From: an uncultured Actinomycetota bacterium
Lineage (GTDB): Bacteria > Actinomycetota > Acidimicrobiia > Spongiisociales > UBA5794
Direction of reading: 5' to 3'
DNA: 64,000 nt
NCBI GenBank assembly: GCA_963700375.1
Contig: CAVOXF010000001.1
Coordinates: 91,817-155,816, forward strand
Below, one piece after another: positions 60,248 to 64,000 of this stretch. The notes beneath the pieces were generated by a model. It worked only from the letters and a program-made list of their open reading frames with translations. It was not told where the DNA came from and ran no database searches. Made by a program: the position numbers and the translations under genes. Every line of letters begins with the position of its first letter. Within the stretch, counting starts at the first letter, position 1.

Positions 60248-62953
60248 ATGAGCGAACCACCCACCTTCATTGACGGATACACCGGACCGCGCCCAGACAC
60301 CGATCCCACCGAAACGGCGGAGTGGCTCGACGCCTTCGACTCGGTTATTGCAACTGACGGGCCGAATCGCGCGCAGTATCTGGTCGCACGCCTCCTCCAG
60401 GAAGCGACGCGGAACCACATCGCGGTGCCGGGAGCGGTTTCGACGCCCTATGTCAACACGATTCCGCCCGAAGAAGAGGCACCGTTCCCCGGTGACGCGC
60501 AGCTCGAGAAGCGGATCCGTCGGTTCATCCGCTGGAACGCCGCGGTCATGGTCATTCGCGCCAACCGCGCCGCCCCCGGCATCGGCGGGCACCTCTCGAC
60601 CTTTGCCTCGTCTGCAACCCTCTACGAGGTTGGCTACAACCACTTCTTCCGCGGCACCGCTGACGGACATCCGGGGGACCACATCTACTTCCAGGGCCAT
60701 GCCGCCCCCGGTGTGTACGCCCGTGCCTTCCTCGAAGGCCGTCTCGACGAGGATGATCTCGATCGGTTCCGTCGCGAGATCGGCGAACCCGGTCTGTCGA
60801 GCTACCCCCACCCCCGTCTCATGCCCGACTTCTGGGAGTACCCAACGGTCTCGATGGGGCTCGGACCGATCAACTCGATCTATCACGCCCAGTTCCTCAA
60901 GTACCTCGAGAACCGTGGCCTCGACGACACGGCGGGTTCGCGCGTGTGGTCCTTCCTCGGCGACGGCGAGACCGACGAGCCCGAGACGCTCGGTTCGATC
61001 TCCCTCGCCGGTCGCGAGAAGCTCGACAACCTGACCTGGGTCATCAACTGCAACCTGCAACGCCTCGACGGCCCGGTACGCGGGAACGGGAAGATCATCC
61101 AAGAGCTCGAAGCGATGTTCCGCGGTGCCGGATGGAACGTCATCAAGGTCATCTGGGGCTCCGGTTGGGACCCGTTGCTCGCTCGCGATACCGAGGGCAT
61201 CCTCATCGACAAGATGAATACCACGGTCGACGGTGAGTTCCAGCGCTACAAGGCCGAATCCGGCGCGTATGTCCGCGAGCACTTCTTCGGACCCGATCCG
61301 CGGCTCCGCGAGCTCGTTCGTGACATGACCGACGACGATCTGTGGGCCCTGCGCCGCGGGGGTCTCGACTACCGCAAGATCTACTCGGCCTACAAGCGGG
61401 CGACCGAGTCGAAGGGCGCGCCGACCGTGATCCTCGCCAAGACGATCAAGGGCTGGACGCTCGGCCCCCAGGTGCAAGGCAGGAACGCGACCCACTCCGT
61501 CAAGAACCTCACGGGCGACCAACTCGTCGGCCTGCGCGACTTGCTGTCGCTGAACGAGGAGATCCCGGACGAGGCACTCGAACTCGACCATCCTCCGTAC
61601 TACCGGCCCCCGGTCGACTCGCCGGAGTATCGCTACCTGACCGAACGGCGCGCGGCGCTCAACGGACCGGTTCCGAGCCGAACGCTCGAGATCCGTACGC
61701 CAATCGAGATGCCGAGCCACGATGTCTTCGCCGACTTCGATGGCGGATCGGGCGACGCCGAAGCATCAACAACCAGCGTGTTCACCCGCCTCCTGCGGAG
61801 CCTGGCCCGCGATGAGAAGTTCGGTCGCCGCGTCGTCCCGATCATCCCCGACGAGGGACGCACCTTCGGGATGGACGCCTTGTTCAAGGAACTGAAGATC
61901 TACGCCTCACAGGGTCAGCTGTACGAACCGGTCGACCACAGCCTGATCCTTTCGTACAAGGAGTCGCAGTCCGGGCAGATCCTCGAGCAAGGCATCACCG
62001 AAGCAGGGTCGACGGCGAGTTGGATCGCCGCGGGAACGTCGTATGCCACGCGCGGCGTGCCGATGGTCCCGTTCTACACCTACTACTCCATGTTCGGGTT
62101 CCAGCGGGTCGGTGACCTGTTGTGGGCCGCATCGGACTCTCGCGCACGCGGATTCCTGCTCGGCGCGACATCGGGCCGCACGACGCTCCTTGGCGAGGGC
62201 CTCCAGCATCAGGACGGCCACAGCCACGTGCTCGCCTCGGTCATCCCCGCATGCGAGGCGTACGACCCGGCGTTCGCCTACGAGATCGCAACGATCATCG
62301 AACACGGCCTGAAGCGCATGTACGTCGACAACGAAGACGTCTACTACTACCTCACGTTGTACAACGAAAACTACGCGCAACCTCCGAAACCGGAGGGTTC
62401 GGATCAGGGGATCATCGACGGACTCTACAAGTGGTCATCGGCGCCGACCGGCACGAAGTACCGGGCGACGATCCTGTTCTCCGGGCCGGCGCACTCAGCG
62501 GCTCGCGAGGCGCAGACGATCCTCGCCGAGGAATACGGCGTCGGCGCAGAACTGTGGAGCGTCACCTCGTACAAGCGGCTGCGCGAAGAGGCGATGTCCG
62601 TTGATCGGTGGAACTACCTGCACCCCGGTGAGGGACCCCGGGTCCCGTTGGTCACGCGCCAGCTCGAAGGCACACTCGGTCCGGTGATCGCCGTCACCGA
62701 CTACATGCGGACCGTCCCGGATCAGATTTCCCGCTGGGTGCCCCGGTCGTACGCATCGCTGGGGACCGATGGCTACGGGCGCAGCGACACGCGTGAGTCC
62801 CTCCGCGAGTTCTTCGAGACCGACGCCAACCATGTTGTGGTTGCGACGCTGTCTGCGCTCGCCCGCGACCAGCGGATCGATCCGAGCGTCGTGCGCGAGG
62901 CAATCGAGCGTACGGGCATCGACCCCCACGTCGGCGACCCCTGGACCCGCTGA
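60248..62953 (+). CDS. aceE: pyruvate dehydrogenase E1 component, homodimeric type
   Basis: Full-length (901 aa) AceE-type E1. The ThDP motif region GDGETDEPE is present. Confidence 0.9.
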   Translation: MSEPPTFIDGYTGPRPDTDPTETAEWLDAFDSVIATDGPNRAQYLVARLLQEATRNHIAVPGAVSTPYVNTIPPEEEAPFPGDAQLEKRIRRFIRWNAAVMVIRANRAAPGIGGHLSTFASSATLYEVGYNHFFRGTADGHPGDHIYFQGHAAPGVYARAFLEGRLDEDDLDRFRREIGEPGLSSYPHPRLMPDFWEYPTVSMGLGPINSIYHAQFLKYLENRGLDDTAGSRVWSFLGDGETDEPETLGSISLAGREKLDNLTWVINCNLQRLDGPVRGNGKIIQELEAMFRGAGWNVIKVIWGSGWDPLLARDTEGILIDKMNTTVDGEFQRYKAESGAYVREHFFGPDPRLRELVRDMTDDDLWALRRGGLDYRKIYSAYKRATESKGAPTVILAKTIKGWTLGPQVQGRNATHSVKNLTGDQLVGLRDLLSLNEEIPDEALELDHPPYYRPPVDSPEYRYLTERRAALNGPVPSRTLEIRTPIEMPSHDVFADFDGGSGDAEASTTSVFTRLLRSLARDEKFGRRVVPIIPDEGRTFGMDALFKELKIYASQGQLYEPVDHSLILSYKESQSGQILEQGITEAGSTASWIAAGTSYATRGVPMVPFYTYYSMFGFQRVGDLLWAASDSRARGFLLGATSGRTTLLGEGLQHQDGHSHVLASVIPACEAYDPAFAYEIATIIEHGLKRMYVDNEDVYYYLTLYNENYAQPPKPEGSDQGIIDGLYKWSSAPTGTKYRATILFSGPAHSAAREAQTILAEEYGVGAELWSVTSYKRLREEAMSVDRWNYLHPGEGPRVPLVTRQLEGTLGPVIAVTDYMRTVPDQISRWVPRSYASLGTDGYGRSDTRESLREFFETDANHVVVATLSALARDQRIDPSVVREAIERTGIDPHVGDPWTR

Positions 62954-63004
62954 CCCGCCGCCGCCTGAGGGGCCAGTCGGCGGCCCGACGGTCCGGTTGG
63001 TGTG

Positions 63005-63018
63005 AGTGAGTACTCACT
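63005..63018. promoter_or_regulatory. 14-bp perfect palindrome AGTGAGTACTCACT, probable TetR operator abutting the tetR start codon
   Basis: Read from the sequence. It ends 1 nt before ATG 63020. Confidence 0.5.
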
Positions 63019-63019
63019 C

Positions 63020-63649
63020 ATGTATACTGCGCTCGTGACCGAGAAGCACGAACGCGCAGAACCGCTGCCGGCCGACGACCGTCGCCGGGCGATCGTCGAG
63101 GCTGTCATCCCTCTCCTGTTGGAGATGGGGCCGACGATCACGACACGCGAAATGGCGGAAGCGGCCGGTATCGCAGAGGGAACGATCTTCCGCGTGTTCC
63201 CCGACAAGACATCGGTGATTCACGAAGCCGTCAAAGCCAGCATGGATCCGCAGCAGATCAAACTGGCTATCGGAGCGATTCCTGCGACCGATCCCCTCCC
63301 CGACCAACTCGAAGCAGCAGCAGCCGTCCTCGTGGAACGCTCCGAGCGGGTTGCCGCACTCGTCGGGATGCTGCGCGCCGCCGGTTCTCCGGGCGGCGAC
63401 CCCCCTTCGGGTGCACGGCAGTACGTGATGGACGCGAACACCGCGATCCTCCGCGTCCTCACCGAACTGTTCGAGCGCAACCGTGACGCTATCCGCATCG
63501 ACCCGCGCCAGGCTGCAATCGCATTCCGGGGCTTCGTGTTCGCAAGCGCCCACCCGTTGGTTGCCGCAGCCGAAAGGCCGGTCGCTCGAGAGATCGTCGA
63601 CGTGCTGATGCACGGCATCGCGGCCTCACCCGAGAGTGCCGTGACCTGA
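63020..63649 (+). CDS. TetR family transcriptional regulator
   Basis: N-terminal TetR HTH (TTREMAEAAGIAEGTIFRVFPDK). Confidence 0.8.
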   Translation: MYTALVTEKHERAEPLPADDRRRAIVEAVIPLLLEMGPTITTREMAEAAGIAEGTIFRVFPDKTSVIHEAVKASMDPQQIKLAIGAIPATDPLPDQLEAAAAVLVERSERVAALVGMLRAAGSPGGDPPSGARQYVMDANTAILRVLTELFERNRDAIRIDPRQAAIAFRGFVFASAHPLVAAAERPVAREIVDVLMHGIAASPESAVT

Positions 63650-64000
63650 TGCTGTACCGTCTTCTCCGCCGGTACGTCAGGCCGTACACCCGCGAGATCG
63701 TGATCGTGGTCGTGCTTCAGACCGTCGGTACGATCGCGGCCCTCTACCTGCCAACGCTCAACGCCGACATCATCGACAACGGCGTCGTTCGCGGCGACAC
63801 CGACTACATCATTCGGATCGGCTCGTGGATGCTGGTCGTGTCGCTCATCCAGGCGGCGACCACGATCACCGCCGTCTACTTCGGCGCGCGGACCGCAATG
63901 GCGTTCGGCCGTGACGTACGATCGGGCATCTTCCACCGCGTGATCGAGTTCTCCAATCGTGAGATGGCTCGCTTCGGTGCACCGTCGCTGTTGACCCGCA
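63649..64000 (+). CDS. ABC exporter fused permease/ATPase (MsbA-like), 3'-truncated by window edge
   Basis: N-terminal TMD of ABC exporters (YTREIVIVVVLQTVGTIAALYLPTLNADIIDNGV). The ATG overlaps the tetR stop. Confidence 0.75.
   Translation, partial: MLYRLLRRYVRPYTREIVIVVVLQTVGTIAALYLPTLNADIIDNGVVRGDTDYIIRIGSWMLVVSLIQAATTITAVYFGARTAMAFGRDVRSGIFHRVIEFSNREMARFGAPSLLTR

Overview
This is a high-GC (about 68-70%) Actinomycetota-type chromosomal window, possibly from an aquatic Acidimicrobiia-like organism. It is gene-dense, with about 60 protein genes. I found no rRNA, tRNA or CRISPR.

The left half is mostly housekeeping:
- a GGT 3' end, an SLT lytic transglycosylase, rlmN, bcp, galU, an overlapping tal-pgi pair and divergent pgl/zwf;
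- a crcB-crcB-DUF190 fluoride-exporter operon, two tandem LCP paralogs, bifunctional FTCD, a ClC channel, deoD, a YjeF_N epimerase and a cytosine-deaminase-like amidohydrolase;
- a complete AmmeMemoRadiSam three-gene system (radical SAM / Memo / AMMECR1).

The most interesting region is a putative light and photo-oxidative-stress island at roughly 37.8-56 kb:
- an ECF sigma/anti-sigma pair;
- an SRPBCC-SDR-SRPBCC trio;
- a COG2907 FAD oxidoreductase fused in-frame to DUF1365, followed by a frameshifted cyclopropane-fatty-acid synthase;
- a CarH/LitR-like MerR-HTH plus B12-binding regulator, transcribed divergently from a two-domain fasciclin lipoprotein;
- a clear heliorhodopsin gene;
- further right, an NmrA/DUF2867 gene overlapping a CPD photolyase.
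This gene set mirrors the singlet-oxygen sigmaE-ChrR regulon of Rhodobacter, but here it is physically clustered with a heliorhodopsin and a B12 photoregulator.

Other notable observations:
- a ~120-130 nt MITE-like palindromic element with perfect 20-bp terminal inverted repeats, inserted immediately after the stop codons of galU and of a DEAD-box helicase that carries a C-terminal RRM;
- two frameshifted genes (CFA synthase and a BASS transporter);
- an 11-mer containing TTGACA shared by the photolyase-operon and metYX upstream regions;
- a TetR operator palindrome and several rho-independent terminator hairpins.

The right end carries metY-metX, aceE and a TetR/ABC-exporter pair.
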